From assembly GCF_006345805.1 (NCBI RefSeq), contig NW_021829617.1, positions 1 to 35,035 of the forward strand: DNA of 35,035 bases, given 5' to 3'. Each line of letters opens with the position of its first letter. The first letter of the stretch is position 1. The DNA comes from Octopus sinensis. Lineage: Eukaryota. Positions 17,161-30,350 of this stretch are shown here, in pieces. Under the pieces are notes generated by a model. The model ran no database searches, was not told the DNA's origin, and saw nothing but the letters and a program-made list of their open reading frames with translations. Position numbers and translations under genes: made by a program.

Positions 17161-18140
17161 CCAGTGTTTCTAAATTCGTTTTGATTTCGCAGCCCAAAAT
17201 TTTAAAAACCAACTGAGCACCCCCGTTTTTTTAATCTAGCAGAGAATATTATTAAAAAAATAGTTAGATTCTTTGAAATTTCGCTTTCTTTTAGTTTTAA
17301 TTAATTCTTCGGAACGCGGTTTTTTGTTTGCTAATGCAATTCTGAGATTGTTTTCAGGGCTAAGAAAGTTTCTATTCTTATTTTTTATATATAGTAGAGA
17401 TAAAAATCCAGATTCGCATAGTCAAGTTGTTGCAAATGGTACCAGAACTTTTCTTTGCAAGTTTAGGAATCTAACATGCAAACCGAACCAAAAAACCTCT
17501 AAAGAATTTGATTGGTTAAACATTATTAGTGATTTAGATGCTTGCAATTCAATTAATTTGTTTTTAACAATCTTTTCTATCATCTATTTTTTATTTTTAA
17601 AACAAATCGATTAATGTTAAATGTATCAGAATTTTTAATAATTATACGAAGAAAATATCCTTCAACTGAATTTTTATAAAATTCAAAATAATTTCTGATT
17701 TCTTTTTTGATTTTTTTATCAAAAATCAAGTCGGAATCAATAGCAACTTGATCAAAAATTGGCAAAACTATTGTCTGAATACGGCAAATCTACAAGAAAA
17801 GTTTATTCTTGAAGGCATTTAGACTGTTAGAAGCATTAACAAAAGGTCTGGACCCAGAACTGTTGTCACAATTTCCAATGAACACTTTTTAATAAGCGTT
17901 TCCGCTATAGTATGCGATTTCTTCGATTGCTAAAAGTAACTGCATTTTCGAGAAGATTGACACAGTTTGTCAATGGATATAAATACATGTTTCGGAAGCG
18001 TTCCTTTAATATCTTCTCGGACTTTTTTAGCCTTGAAAAATTCGAAATCCTTTCCTGAATAATTTCACTGTTTTTTTAATATCAAATCATAATTTAAGTT
18101 CCCGATAATCATTTCTCTTTCTGCTTACCAGGTCCCCCAG
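17161..18140 (-). mobile_element. Degenerate Buster/ZBED5-type hAT remnant
   Basis: The minus strand near 17850-17920 reads KSHTIAETLIKKCSLEIVTTVLGPD, matching the KPHTIAExLI motif. hAT-like terminus CAGTGTTTC at 17162. Boundaries approximate. Confidence 0.6.
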
Positions 18141-18307
18141 TTTAATAAGGAATTTTTAAATTCGTTCATATTAACCAAATAAGCAAATCAGAAATATATA
18201 AGAAAATTAAAAATAATTATAAGTTAATAATTGACTATAAAATATTAAATCCTAGTACAACATCGTGTCCACGTTGTGAACGTTAATATAAATTTTAGTA
18301 GATAAAA

Positions 18308-20118
18308 ATGTCACTCCGAGTACCCGTCCCTGCAGGAATTGAACGAATGATGAAACAAGGCTCCCAAGTATCAATCCCCCAATAACCCATCCCAGCGTCA
18401 TACCGGACTAGAAGACGGAGTATATCGCAACATTGAAGCATGTATTCAACTTGCAAATTACATAAACACAACTTTCGGCCCAAATGGCAATCCTACTAAA
18501 TAAAAATTCCCAGGAAGAAGTAAAATGGTGATAAACTATCTCGAAAAATTATTTGTGACCTCCGATGCCTCCACAATCGTGAAAGAACTCGACGTCCAAC
18601 ACCCTGCCTGCAAATTAGTCGTGATGGCCATCCAACACCAAGAACGAGAATGTGGGGACGGGACAACCCAAGTGCTCCTTCTTTGTGTCAATCTTCTCGA
18701 AAATGCAGCCAAACTTTTAAAATCAGTTCGATTTTAGTTTTTTTGACATCCAAAGGGACTTCCTCTTAAAGATGTGATTTCAGGATTTCAAAACGCTTTG
18801 GATTTTTGTTTAAAGACCCTCCCCGGTGTTTTCACGGTGAAATATTTTTTAGAGTTGGTTGTGGACTCCCCGGTGGATCTCAAAGACAAAAATTCCGTGA
18901 TTAAAGCCATCCGTACCCCAATATCCTCAAAACAGTGTGGATTGGAGGATTTGATCACAGATTTAGTGGCCGATGCCTGCAGTATTCCAAAAAGTGAATA
19001 AAAACGTAATTTAGTGTCAATTTTGCCACCATCTGGCAAGTTCAGTGTGGACAATGTGAGAGTTTGTCGCATTCTGGGGTCGACGGTGGAATGTTCCCGA
19101 ATAATGGAAGGGATGGTGATCGAGACAAACCCGAGAGTGTGGAGACAAGTGTAGAAGGTGGAAAAATATTGATATATTCGTGTGCATTTGATGTGGCACA
19201 CACCGAGACGAAGGGGACAGTTTTGATCAGGACAGGAGAAGAGTTGGTCAATTTTAGTCGGAGTGAAGAGAGGAGTATTGAGGAGGTGAATATGGCACTA
19301 TATTTGTAGCAAGTAAAGGCAATTGCTGAGACTGGTTGTAACGTGGTTGTGTCTATTGGGAAGGTTGGGGACATGTATCGACATTTTGCGAATAAGCATG
19401 GACTCGTTCTTATTAGATTTACCTCAAAGTTTGATCTCCGTCGACTTTGTTTGCTGACGGGAGCCACTCCTCTCCCAAGATTGGTGGTGCCTGATCAGGG
19501 GGAGTTGGGGAGGTGTGATTCTGTCCATTTTGAGGAGATGGGAGCACTCATGTTGTCCTTTTCAAGCAGACAAGTTTGGTGTCGACTGTCATCCTGCGTG
19601 GTTCATCTGACCATATTATGCTGGATGTGGAGAAGGCAGTGGATGATGGGATCAATGCCTTCAAGTCCCTCACGAGGGATAATCGGTTATTGCCCGGGGG
19701 AGGGGCTGTGGAGTTGGAATTGGCCAACAGACTGAATGTTCTGTCGTGTCCTGGTGCATTGGAGCAGTGTTCATTGGCCATGCTGGAGTGGTGAGACAGA
19801 TTGGAGACAACGGGGGACTGAAGGAACAGTCAATGCATTACTTGGTGAGCATGTGAAGGGGAGTGTGAATGCGGGGTATATTGCGGAGGGGGATAGTCTT
19901 CGAATGGGGGATGTTGTGGAGGCTGGATTGTTTGATTTGTATAACACTAAGCATTGGGTGATAAAGAATGCATTTATACTGCTATTACTATTTTGAGGAT
20001 TGATGAGGTGAGGGGTGTTTTGTATTTGTAGGTTATCATGTCTAAGCCAGCTGGAGGACCCCGACCGAGGGAGACGGGGACTAATGCAGTGAGAGATACT
20101 GGACCGGAAGAAGACTAG
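18308..20118 (+). CDS. CCT8: T-complex protein 1 subunit theta, multi-exon; apparent homopolymer frameshifts
   Basis: MSLRVPVPAGIERMMKQGSQ/RHTGLEDGVYRNIEAC...FGPNG/RSKMVINYLEKLFVTSDA...GDGTT; LRGSSDHIMLDVEKAVDDG; ends VIMSKPAGGPRP...EED*. Introns are 24-33 nt. Confidence 0.95.
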
Positions 20119-20359
20119 ATTAGTCCATTTACATTCTTTTGATTCCTTTAATGCTTTTTGGTTATATTCTTGTCGTAAACTTATGATATATGTTGTGATA
20201 AACTAAAGTTCATCATTTGTCCTTTTAAAAACAGTTAATTACTTTTTATCAGTTTCAAATGAATAATCAAAATATAGTATAGTGTTAATTATCATATTAT
20301 GATATTTCAAAAGTGCTAGTTCAAGAGCCAGAGAAGACTCTTGGGTGATATTAAAAAAA

Positions 20360-20700
20360 AAAGCAATAGCCGGGTTGAAAAACAAATCACCTGGTTTCGA
20401 CTACATTCCTCTGATATTGTTGAAGAAGGCGTCTAAACTTGTGCTGCAAGCACTGACTATGATGTTTGACGCCAGCTGGACATGTTTCATCGACATGGAA
20501 ATGTACGATCGTTTGAACGATATCAAAATCTGGTAAATCGGAACTGCTAGCAATGAACTATCGGCCGATTTGTCTGATTTGTCCTTTCTCCAAAACTATG
20601 GAAAATATTGTCTTTAACAGACTTTCTTGTTATCTAGAATCACAAAATCTGCTCTCGTCCGTACAATGGGGATTCCGTGAAGGAAGATCCACAAGGGACT
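20360..20700 (+). pseudogene. LINE RT N-terminal fragment
   Basis: KSPGFDYIPLILLKK, then in a shifted frame NYRPICLICPFSKTMENIVFNRL (RT domains 0-2). Confidence 0.75.
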
Positions 20701-20849
20701 TTTTTTAATTTGGGATCATTTTTAATTTGAACTTTTCTCATCACATATAACTTTCTTTAAATTCTGGGTCATTTTTTTCCAAATTTAAAAACTTTTTCAA
20801 TTAACATAAAATCTGATTGAACTGAACTGATATAGATTTTACTAAGTCG

Positions 20850-21280
20850 AGGGTGGCCGACCAGTCGATCGCCTTCGATATATAAATTGCTAATTATATT
20901 TTTATATTTAGATTATTTCAATTCGTTCAGATCTGCGACAATTGCATCACTGCGAGTGAAAATTACTAATTCCATCTGACAAGAGCTTACAAAGAAGATT
21001 ATTTCGACTTTTTTACAGGAGGTCGATGCAATCTACCTTTAAAGTGTGACACAAAATGATCAAGCACGGTACTAGAAAATATAATGAATGATTTTAAACA
21101 CAGATTTAGCGATTGCTTTAGAACAGCACTAAGCTCATATGAGTCAGAATTCGAAATAATGGCAAGAGAATTACAATGCCAAAAATCCCATTAACTTTTA
21201 ATTATAAAATAAAAATTTTGTTATTAAAATAAGTCGATCGCCAAAAATATAAAAAGTAGCTCGCCGGTGAAAAAGGTTAA
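20850..21280 (+). mobile_element. SPIN/GTF2IRD2-type hAT remnant (3' end)
   Basis: Ends DCFRTALSSYESEFEIMARELQCQKSH*. Subterminal AGTCGATCGCC motifs at both ends. Confidence 0.65.
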
Positions 21281-21298
21281 GTTAATGATTAACTATAG

Positions 21299-22799
21299 CA
21301 GTGGTTCTCAACCTGGGGTCCGCGAAAGATTCCAGGGGGTCCGCGAGATTTTTCTGAAACTTTATTTAAATGTTTCTATTTAATGATAACAATTTTAAAT
21401 TAATATATAATAGAATTAAATCATAATTAATAATATCTCTTTTAGATATATTATAAATTAATATATTTTAATATTCAATAATACTGAGGAGGCTAAATTA
21501 CTTTAAAGCTGAATGTAACTCAATTATTTATAAAAATCGTATATATGTTTATTTTTTAGTAAAAGTTAATAAAATTTTTAATCACGCTATTGATATGAAT
21601 TCCTCGAATGTTATTAAGATACACAAATATAATCCTGATTATATAAAATATGGGTTTATTTGTATTGATAAAGATGGATTTGAAAGCCCAAAATGTGTTG
21701 TGTGCATGAAAATTCTGTCACACAATAGCATGAAACCAACAACTCTTGTGAGAGGAAACGAAACATATGCATTGTATGCTACATCGATATGCACTTGCTG
21801 CAAAAACATTACCTTCAGATTTAAGATATGTTCTCGATGATGTCGTACATATCATAAATTATATTAAAAAGAGTGCTTTAAATTCGCGCATTTTCAGACT
21901 TATTTGCGAAGAATTTGAAAAGGATGGAAAGGCTTTGTTATTTCACACTGAGGTGAGATGGCTATCTCGGGGAAACGTTCTTGCCAGAGTTTTTTCTTTG
22001 AGGAATGAATTATCTGAATATTTTATCCGCGAAAACAATTCCAAATCATCGGAATTTATTTCGAAATTAATGGATAGTTCATGGCCATCTAAACTTGCTT
22101 ACTTGAGAGATGTCTTCTCTCGTATAAATTCACTCAACAAATCGCTTCAGGGAAGACATGAAACAATAATTGATTTTGTGGATAAAATTAAGTTTGTTAA
22201 CTGTTTCATATTAATTATTAGTGCTTTTTTGATGAAGTCAACACTGTGGAAAGAAAAAGTAAAACTAAATAATTTTACTATGTTTGAATCTTTTGAAGAA
22301 CAATCTGTAAATATAGATGCATTTGAAATCAAAAAAATAACCGAACTTATTTATGCACATTTAACATATCTTCAACAAGAAGTAAATAAAAATACTTTCC
22401 AGAATTGAACGAAATTGATTTGAAATTCATTCGTACACCATTCAGTGTTGATCCACGTTTGGTCGATGAAAATATCGAAGAGGCTTTTATTGATATGATC
22501 AATAATTCAAACGCAAGAGATTTGTATGAAAAACTTGCTTTATCAAGATTTTGGTGCGAAATGTGTAAGCATTATCCTTCCGTAAGCGCAAATGCATTAA
22601 ATTTGTTGCTTATATTCCCGACAACATATTTATGCGAACATGGTTTCTCAGCAGGGGGTCTCAGCATTGATTTAATAATAAATTTTGTTTTTAGATAAGT
22701 AAAATTTTTTTGACAAAAAACTTAATAAATACAGGGGGTCCGCGAAATTTTTCATTTACTCACAAGGGGTCCGCGGACAAAAAAGGTTGAGAACCACTG
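21299..22799 (+). mobile_element. Buster-type hAT, same family as 3495-4329, with a different internal deletion
   Basis: TIRs CAGTGGTTCTCAACCT / AGGTTGAGAACCACTG. 8-bp TSD AACTATAG (21291-21298, 22800-22807). Transposase pieces HCMLHRYALA, LLFHTEVRWLSRG and FPTTYLCEHGFS. Confidence 0.96.
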
Positions 22800-23161
22800 A
22801 ACTATAGCATGGATTAACTGTTAATCCACGCTATCATCGCGCTATCAATTTCATTAAAATTGAGTTTTGGAATTATAGTTATGTTTAATTTTATGATATC
22901 AGTCCTATTCCGATGTTTATTTAAAGTCGTTTATAGTTCTCGATGAACTGTTACTTTTTAATCACTAAAAAAATCCTGGAAATTTAGTCAGAGAAATAAT
23001 TTTCCATAATAAGAGCGAATTCGAATATCATCCATTGTAAATTTCTGAAACAAGAGGAAATTTCACTGCAATTAAATACAAATATAAAATAACTAGTCCC
23101 ACACTAGTTATTAAAATCTGCTTAAAATATATTAAAAAATGAAAAGAACTGTACACCAAAG

Positions 23162-26100
23162 TCATGAAAACTCACTCTGATACTCAGCCTCATCCCACAA
23201 ATCATGTAGGTCAGCCTTCTTAGCACAATCCCTCTCTTCACTACCCACAAACAGTCCAATCAACTCCTCCGTCTCCATCGACAGCAGACTACTATTCTCC
23301 TCAGAAATAACCGTGGACGACAACAATCTCTTAAATCGTTGCAAACAAAAATAAAGCACAAATCCAACTTCATAATCTTGTCCTCGACTGTGTCTGTAGT
23401 AATCAGTCGGTACACATTCACTGCCCTCCTCTGGCCTATTCGATGAGCTCGGTCCATCGCCTGTGGGTCAGTCCCTCCTCCTACCTGCATGTCATTCGTC
23501 GGGTTCCAATCGTGGTCCATGAAAATAATTATGTCCGCCCCCGTCAGACTCAGTCCGTGTCCACCAATGGCCGTCGTGGCCAACATAATCTCCACCGAGG
23601 GGTCAGAATTGAACCTTCCACTAACCAATCACCCCTCACATATTAGCACAGTCCACCCTCTCCTTTGCCGGCACTGTCCCGTCCAGTCTCATATACACCA
23701 CACTCCCCATATGCACACTAAATACACACATCACACTCACTTTAACATATCCCTTATTATTATGTCAATAAATGCCCTTGTCTGACAAAATATCACTGCC
23801 CTGTGCCCACAACTGACCGAATCAGCCACCCCAATCCCACAGTTCTCCAACAGACCTCTATCCCTCTCAATCATAAGCATACTTGAGTGCCACTAACTTC
23901 CCCGACACCCCAATGTCCTTCACATTGACATTCAAACGGACACACATCGACTCCACTTTGTCCACTTCTTTCAGCAGTCCAGGGTGATTGCAGATCAGCC
24001 GAGATTTATTTATCAGCTACAATGAGAGACACAGTACTGAGAGCTTCCATCCACTGTCCTTTCGGTCTCCACATTTAGTCACAATCAGAGAGAGGGAGTT
24101 GTAGAGGGCTGTTTGGAGTGGACTCATCTGGCAGTGGTAGTCCTGGATTGTCTTGGGAGGGAGGTCATTGAGGACATCCTCCTTCATCCTCCTCAGAATG
24201 AAGGGGAGGACCATTTTGTGCAAACTCTGCAGAGCTATCAGTCCCTCTGATGGCTGGAGGGACGTGGGGTCAGTCTGATCTCTCAGGGACATGACTGTCT
24301 TTACAAATCGACGGTTGAAGGCTCGCTCAGTGCCGAGGAACCCAGGCATAAGAAAGTCAAACAAGGCCCAAATATCCCCCACATTGCCCTGAACTGGTGT
24401 CCCAGTCAATATAAGTCTATTCTTACACTTCAACAACTTTAAAGCCCGCGAAATCTATTTAATTTAAAAATAGAATAAATAAACCTTATTATTTGGGTTT
24501 CTTACGACATGTCCTTCATCCAATATACAAAAGTCCCACTCAATCGAACTAAAGAACTCAATGTCGTACCGCAATGTCTCGTATGACACCACCACAACAT
24601 TATAATTCAAAATAAACTCCCGCAACCTTTATTAATTATTTAAATATACTTTTCTCTTTTTCTTTTAACTCCAGAATATATAATATGAGTAAGGAGTTTA
24701 TCATCAAAGAATTTATCAATCTCATAATGCCAGTGAGTGGTCAACGTGACTGGACACACCACCAGAGAAGGCTTCCACCCAGTGGACTTGTAGTGGCTGT
24801 GGAGGAGGACTATCACTTGGAGTGTCTTCCCCAGCCCCATGTCGTCGGCCAGTATTCCATGCAGTCCATATGTGTGGAGAAACCTCAGCCAACTCACTCC
24901 TTCCTGCTGGTAAGGACGAAGACATGTCCTCAGTTCAGGAGGGGTCTCCACTAACATTATATTGCCCGGGTTGGTCAGATTGTCCAGGAGTTGTCTCCCC
25001 CTCTCCCACACCTCCCTCACTCCACTCTCCACATCCTCCACTGAATAGGCTGCCTGCAGAGGGAATAGTTCACCCAGTTTGGAGAAACACAGGGCGGCCA
25101 CTGTCCTCACATGTCCCACGTGGTCTCCCAGTGAGGACAGGACGGGCAGGATCAGCACTGGCACGTGTATAGCCAGGGAGGGACATTCACATATATCTAC
25201 CAGTTTAGTCACGTGCTTACGGAATATGCACTCAATCACCCCCACACGTGACCAACAGCCATTCAATTCCTCAAAAAACAACCAAATAATTTCCCGCGTA
25301 TACATGTTCCCGCCAAAATACCAATAAAACGTGCACACATGTGACGAACTAAACAATCCGAGTGAACTATGCATTGTTTTAGGAGGGAAAAATCGTTGAT
25401 AGAATGTTCTAGAATGTTCTCGGCCAGGTATGGAACAATCAATTCAGTGCATAATAAATTGTGAGATATATCCTCGACAGACATGTCTGAAGATATCATC
25501 AAATAGACCACAACTCTGAGATTTTTCAAAAACTGAGAATTGTTTTTTGATGAAATCGTCAAATCCAGCAATTTTATTCTCTTCATATGAACATAAGAAT
25601 TTCAAAGATAATTCCGCACCTCGCCTTTGGATGTCAGTCCCATTTGTCTAAATATTAATTAATTATATTTATAATATTAATTAAATAAATCAATAAACTT
25701 TATAAATTAAGGGATCCAAAAAATCGACGTTTGTTGTTGTGGGGAAACTAAATCTCGAGGCCCTTCTCAATTGAGTAGACTAAATTAAAACCAAAAAATA
25801 CCCAATCAGGGAGAGCAGAGGCAATGACAACCGTCGAGTCAGTCAATCCCTCCTCTAAGATGACTGACTATCCTAACCTTCCATCATCACCCCCAATGAC
25901 TCTCTCAACGACGACAGAGGAGGAATAGATAACTTCCTCAAGTTGTCCAATATTTTACCAGCCGACTGAGGACATGCCCTGATCAAGGCAGGCACAAAGG
26001 ATGCCGACAACACCTTATATATAATGACAGCCACACCTGCAAAGTACAGCAGTTCTCACATTGTAAAGAGTCCATGATGGGCTTCACCACAGGGGAAACC

Positions 26101-28598
26101 CTCTCCAAAATCAACCCCGCAGAGACCACAGCCATTGAGGCAGCACAGCGAGTTCTAGGGTACTCTCTGGCCTATATATACCTCCGAATATTCGAGGATT
26201 GAATAAGACTGCATTCCCGCAATGCCCACGAAAATGAACTGTAATATCGATCCATAATTTGTCTATTCTCATCCTCCGTGTTAAACGTACCACAAAGAGC
26301 CAGCACGCTTTTCTCCAATTGACAGGCCGTGGTATACGTCCACGTCATACTGCAGTCGACAGAAGGGCATACCCAATGGGAATGTCCTTCCCTTCTAACT
26401 GTAGTGACAACCCAAGACGGGCACACTCCATTGCCAGGTTGTTGCAGAGAGCACTCAGTGTAGACAGGTTGGCCACATCCTCGTCATAGCAGATGACGTC
26501 ACTCAGTTGGGCTTTCATCGTCTCTTTGATCTCTTCCGTCAATAGAAAGTGCTGTTTGATAAGAGTGGAGACAAACTTTGTTGATGGCAAATATTTCCGC
26601 CACCGTGAAGAGTACAATCTGCCTGTGGATGGCATTGCGGTGACAGAGGTGACGAAATATTAGTTTTTGGATAACATTCCCCATTTCTCCACCAATCTGG
26701 GCAACCACAGTGGCAATCATCCTATAAACTGACAAATACAACAAACCTGCACATTGTGAGTCTAATCTGATAAACGACATCCTCCCTCTCACTTTGTGGT
26801 AATGTAGACAAGTCACCCTCTCCAATACTTATATGAAATGACCTCTGTGTGTAAGCACGGAATATTACCATGTTACTAAACCCGGCGGAGATTATACTCT
26901 CAGGGACGTGTGACCCCATTGGTTGGGAGGCCAGGAGTAGCCAGGTGTCCACAGCAATGACAATGTGTAGGTCAGTCAGACTGGCTATGAATGGCTCAGT
27001 CAACGTCTCCCAACACTACGACTACAGACAACCCTCACCCTGAACATGGCCTGTCTCATATCACTCCCTATCTCAAGGAAGGTGAGGGCAAATATATTCT
27101 TCATAAACCCCAGCAGCAAATCAAAGTTTAATATGCCGGGCTCCTAACAATAAGCCCAGTCAGTACATGTGCAATGACCAGACACACAATCTGCCTGAAA
27201 GCAGAGAAGGCATTAATCCTCACATGGGAGTAAGAACTGTCAAAGAATGTGCTGACACGTCTTAGTAGTGCCTCAGTCAAATGACTACACAATAAGTATA
27301 TAAGCCACGTTTGGAGTATTTCCCCACTCAGACTGATTAGACTCGTCAGGAGTAATAAAGCCTTGTCTGCTGCCGATGAGAGATCTGTCGAGTCACCCAG
27401 GACTGTGATTGTCCTCCCAGTTATGTCACGTAACTAAATGTGTGGAGATATTCTCACAACCTGATCAGGAGACAGCACCACAACCAGTCGATCTGCCACA
27501 TTTGTGAGCACTCCTGCAGCCAGAGATACGTTTGCTTCATCTTCTGACACAGAAAGGAGTCTGACCACAGCAATATAACTGCTGGAGTAAATAAATGACC
27601 ATAAACAGTCTAATGGAATCAAACAATCAATAATACATTTTCTGAGGCAGAAATGTATTTTAATATGAGTAGTCCACTGTGGCGAACCTCCCACTCACAA
27701 TAAAACATCATCCGCACAGAAAATTCTAGAATTGTACCACGTGATTGATCAGAAAGTGCGGGAAATATTTGACAAATCACTTGTGCTAACGTTTCTCTCA
27801 CAGGGGCCACCATCTACTGGTGAAATCACGGAAAATAACCTCCCCGGAGACATAGTCCCCAAACCTGTCCAAGACAAGTACACAAATCACTCTCAGAGCA
27901 ATAAAATGGAGAGGAATCAAACTTTCCGTGGGAATAATGTCAAAACATCCACTTTCCGCGGTCTCCGGTAACACGGAATTCCCTCCGTTTTTGAGAACCT
28001 CACGGAGGGCCACGGCAAATCCGTGTCTGGCCTGCCACTGGAGACTGAATATGCCATCCAAGGCAGTCCTCAGTATCCCAGTCATGTCGTACTGCTCCCT
28101 CACATTCATTTCCGTGATCGGCAAAACACGGAAAATCACGGAATCACAAAAAACGGTAATTTCTTCTTTCTGTATTGTTTTAAGTCTTTTTGAGGGTGGT
28201 TCTAAAAATAAATAAAACACGGAAAAACGTGGACTATCTCCAAGGACAGAAGGACAGTCGGAGAGAAGCAACATTCCAGAGGCAATGACTCTCTCAAGAT
28301 CAAACTGTGTTAAATTGGCGGGAAATATGGGTGTATTTTGTGGGGCAGAGGAAGTGAAGGATTGCATGGCCAGAGCGAGGGCATATCCAGTGGCAATGCG
28401 AGTGTCCCACGAATGGTCGGTCAGGCAGCGAATAAGCTGTGGATGTGAGGGTGGGGAGTGCCTGTGAGTATGCCTGGCTGGAGAAATGTCTTAGAAGGGA
28501 GTATCCAATTTGTTCGGCCGAGTGTTGCTTGATGGAAATGCTGGAGCCTGATTCCAGCAGGGAGAACAGTTTGGAGAGGAATGGTGTCTTGTGGCCAT
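23162..28598 (-). CDS. BTAF1: TATA-binding protein-associated factor 172 (Mot1), Snf2-family ATPase with HEAT repeats; many micro-introns and apparent frameshifts
   Basis: N-terminus MATR...LSKLFSLLESGS...SWDTRIA; VAPVRETLAQ; WQARHG; LRPYQQEGVSWL...GILADDMGLGKTLQ; RLILTGTPVQ; LPFILRRMKEDVLNDLPPK; IGGHGLSLTGAD; QAMDRAHRIGQ; DLWDEAEYQSEF. Confidence 0.95.
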
Positions 28599-29129
28599 TT
28601 TGGGCGCCCTGAGTACAACTACAAATAAGGGTTTGAGCTATTTGTTTATATTTTAAATATATTATTAATATAAATGTGAGTAAATATATTATTATTTATA
28701 AAATATTACTTCATTATTTTCAGCTATGTCGTGCATCGTGTATATATATGTAATGCATCTAGTTATATTGTCTAATTTGGGCTATGATTGGTCGAGGAAC
28801 GTTTTTTCTTTTATTAGTTTATAATCTTAAAATTATTTAAAAAATATTATATTAATTAATTAATATACATTAAGATAATGCAGATTAAAAAAATTATGGA
28901 CTATCTGAATTAAAAAATATGAGTAAAAGCATACTCAATAAATATGTTTTTTATATTTATAGTATTTATATAGTGATGATTTTCAAATCTATTAATTATT
29001 TAATTTTGTATTTATTAATAAATATTCCACGTGTTTAATTTTGTGGCGTTTTTTAATAATCTATTTACCTAGAAGTTATTTATTTAAATGTTATAAAATA
29101 TTTTATTTGTGCATCAAAGTGGGGTCACA

Positions 29130-30350
29130 ATTGATTAAATGTGGCCTTAATTATGGTGCATACATTATCTGGTCATGTTTTCATTGTCCGACAACACTTG
29201 ATGTTTTCAGAGTCTAAATATATTATAATGTTGCTGGGAGGGTGAATGAGCATATACTCCACTCCCACTTGGACAGGCAAATGGACTGTCAGTGGATTAG
29301 TTCGGCCAATATATTGCTGTGTTTAAAATTCTCATTATAAGGGCACTACACAATGTCCACATCTCTTCGTGGAGACGCTTACGTCCTTAACCTCCCCTCC
29401 CTCCTCAACACCACGTCCATTTTATATCCACCTAGTTGTTTTCCCATTTACTTATTATTAATATTTAAATAGACTAACAAATGTTGGCTAATAAAGAAAA
29501 TACGGGTTTTGTAGACAACTATGCTTAGTTAATTAACACTCAGTTAGTATGTGCAATCATCCAAGATTTGCATATTTTGTGACCACCCTTTATTGGCTGT
29601 GGACAATGTAGTGTACCACATCAACGACATTGAAATGCCACGTGCATTCCCACCAACAGCCTCAAATAAATATTTTCTTTCTCTTTCAGATTGGCAACAC
29701 AACTCAGGATTAATATAGTCCGTTCCATCGTTGATGTACTGTTTTTGTACATATCGACCTTACTGTGTCCATTAATTCAAAAATAGGCTTTGGATTAGTA
29801 AATCTTTCATCTTTGTGGTGAATTTCTATAAACACGTGGATCTAAGTACTTTGCCTGGCAGTCACACTCCGGGACTAGTCAGTTGTTTTTCGGTTGTTTT
29901 CCCGTGGAGGTGAGTGGAGGGTAGACCATTCGACTAGCCATATGGAAAAAGGTTTCGGGATGAAGGTCTTGTATGAGTGGACGTTGCGGAGTCCTGCCAA
30001 TTCTGTAATTCACAATCGTAACGGATGTGCTGATTCCATCTATTTTTAGATACTTTTTTTACTCTTTTGTTGTTGTCCTCTAAATAGCCACTGTGGGAAT
30101 TATAAGTTAAGGGTCATGAAGTACATCCCCTTATAAATATGCATCAGGCCTCATCACGATTTCTGAATTCACAAAAAGTGAACTTCTAGACTAAATTACG
30201 TTTTATATATTTAACCTCACAAAGTCAGTAAGCAAATTGTCCTCCTTTAAGTTGTAATAACACGTAACCTGGTCTGCTGTGAATCAATTTTCTTGTCGAT
30301 TCTGAATATAAGTGGAGGTTAAGTTTCTTGCAAATCCTGATTTTCATATT
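29130..30350 (-). CDS. Probable multi-exon host gene, product unidentified
   Basis: Exon-like base composition and several 22-34 nt GT-AG micro-introns on the minus strand (e.g. gtaaaaaagtatctaaaaatag). Open peptide stretches such as QYIGRTNPLTVHLPVQVGVEYML. A full model could not be built. Confidence 0.4.

Noticed and set aside
18308-28598. CCT8 and BTAF1 as pseudogenes because of frameshifts
   Set aside because: Both are normally essential, and the shifts I resolved in CCT8 are single missing bases in short G runs (e.g. near 19135 and 19541). The terminal repeat copies show the same homopolymer noise, so long-read error is more likely. Short-read polishing would settle it.
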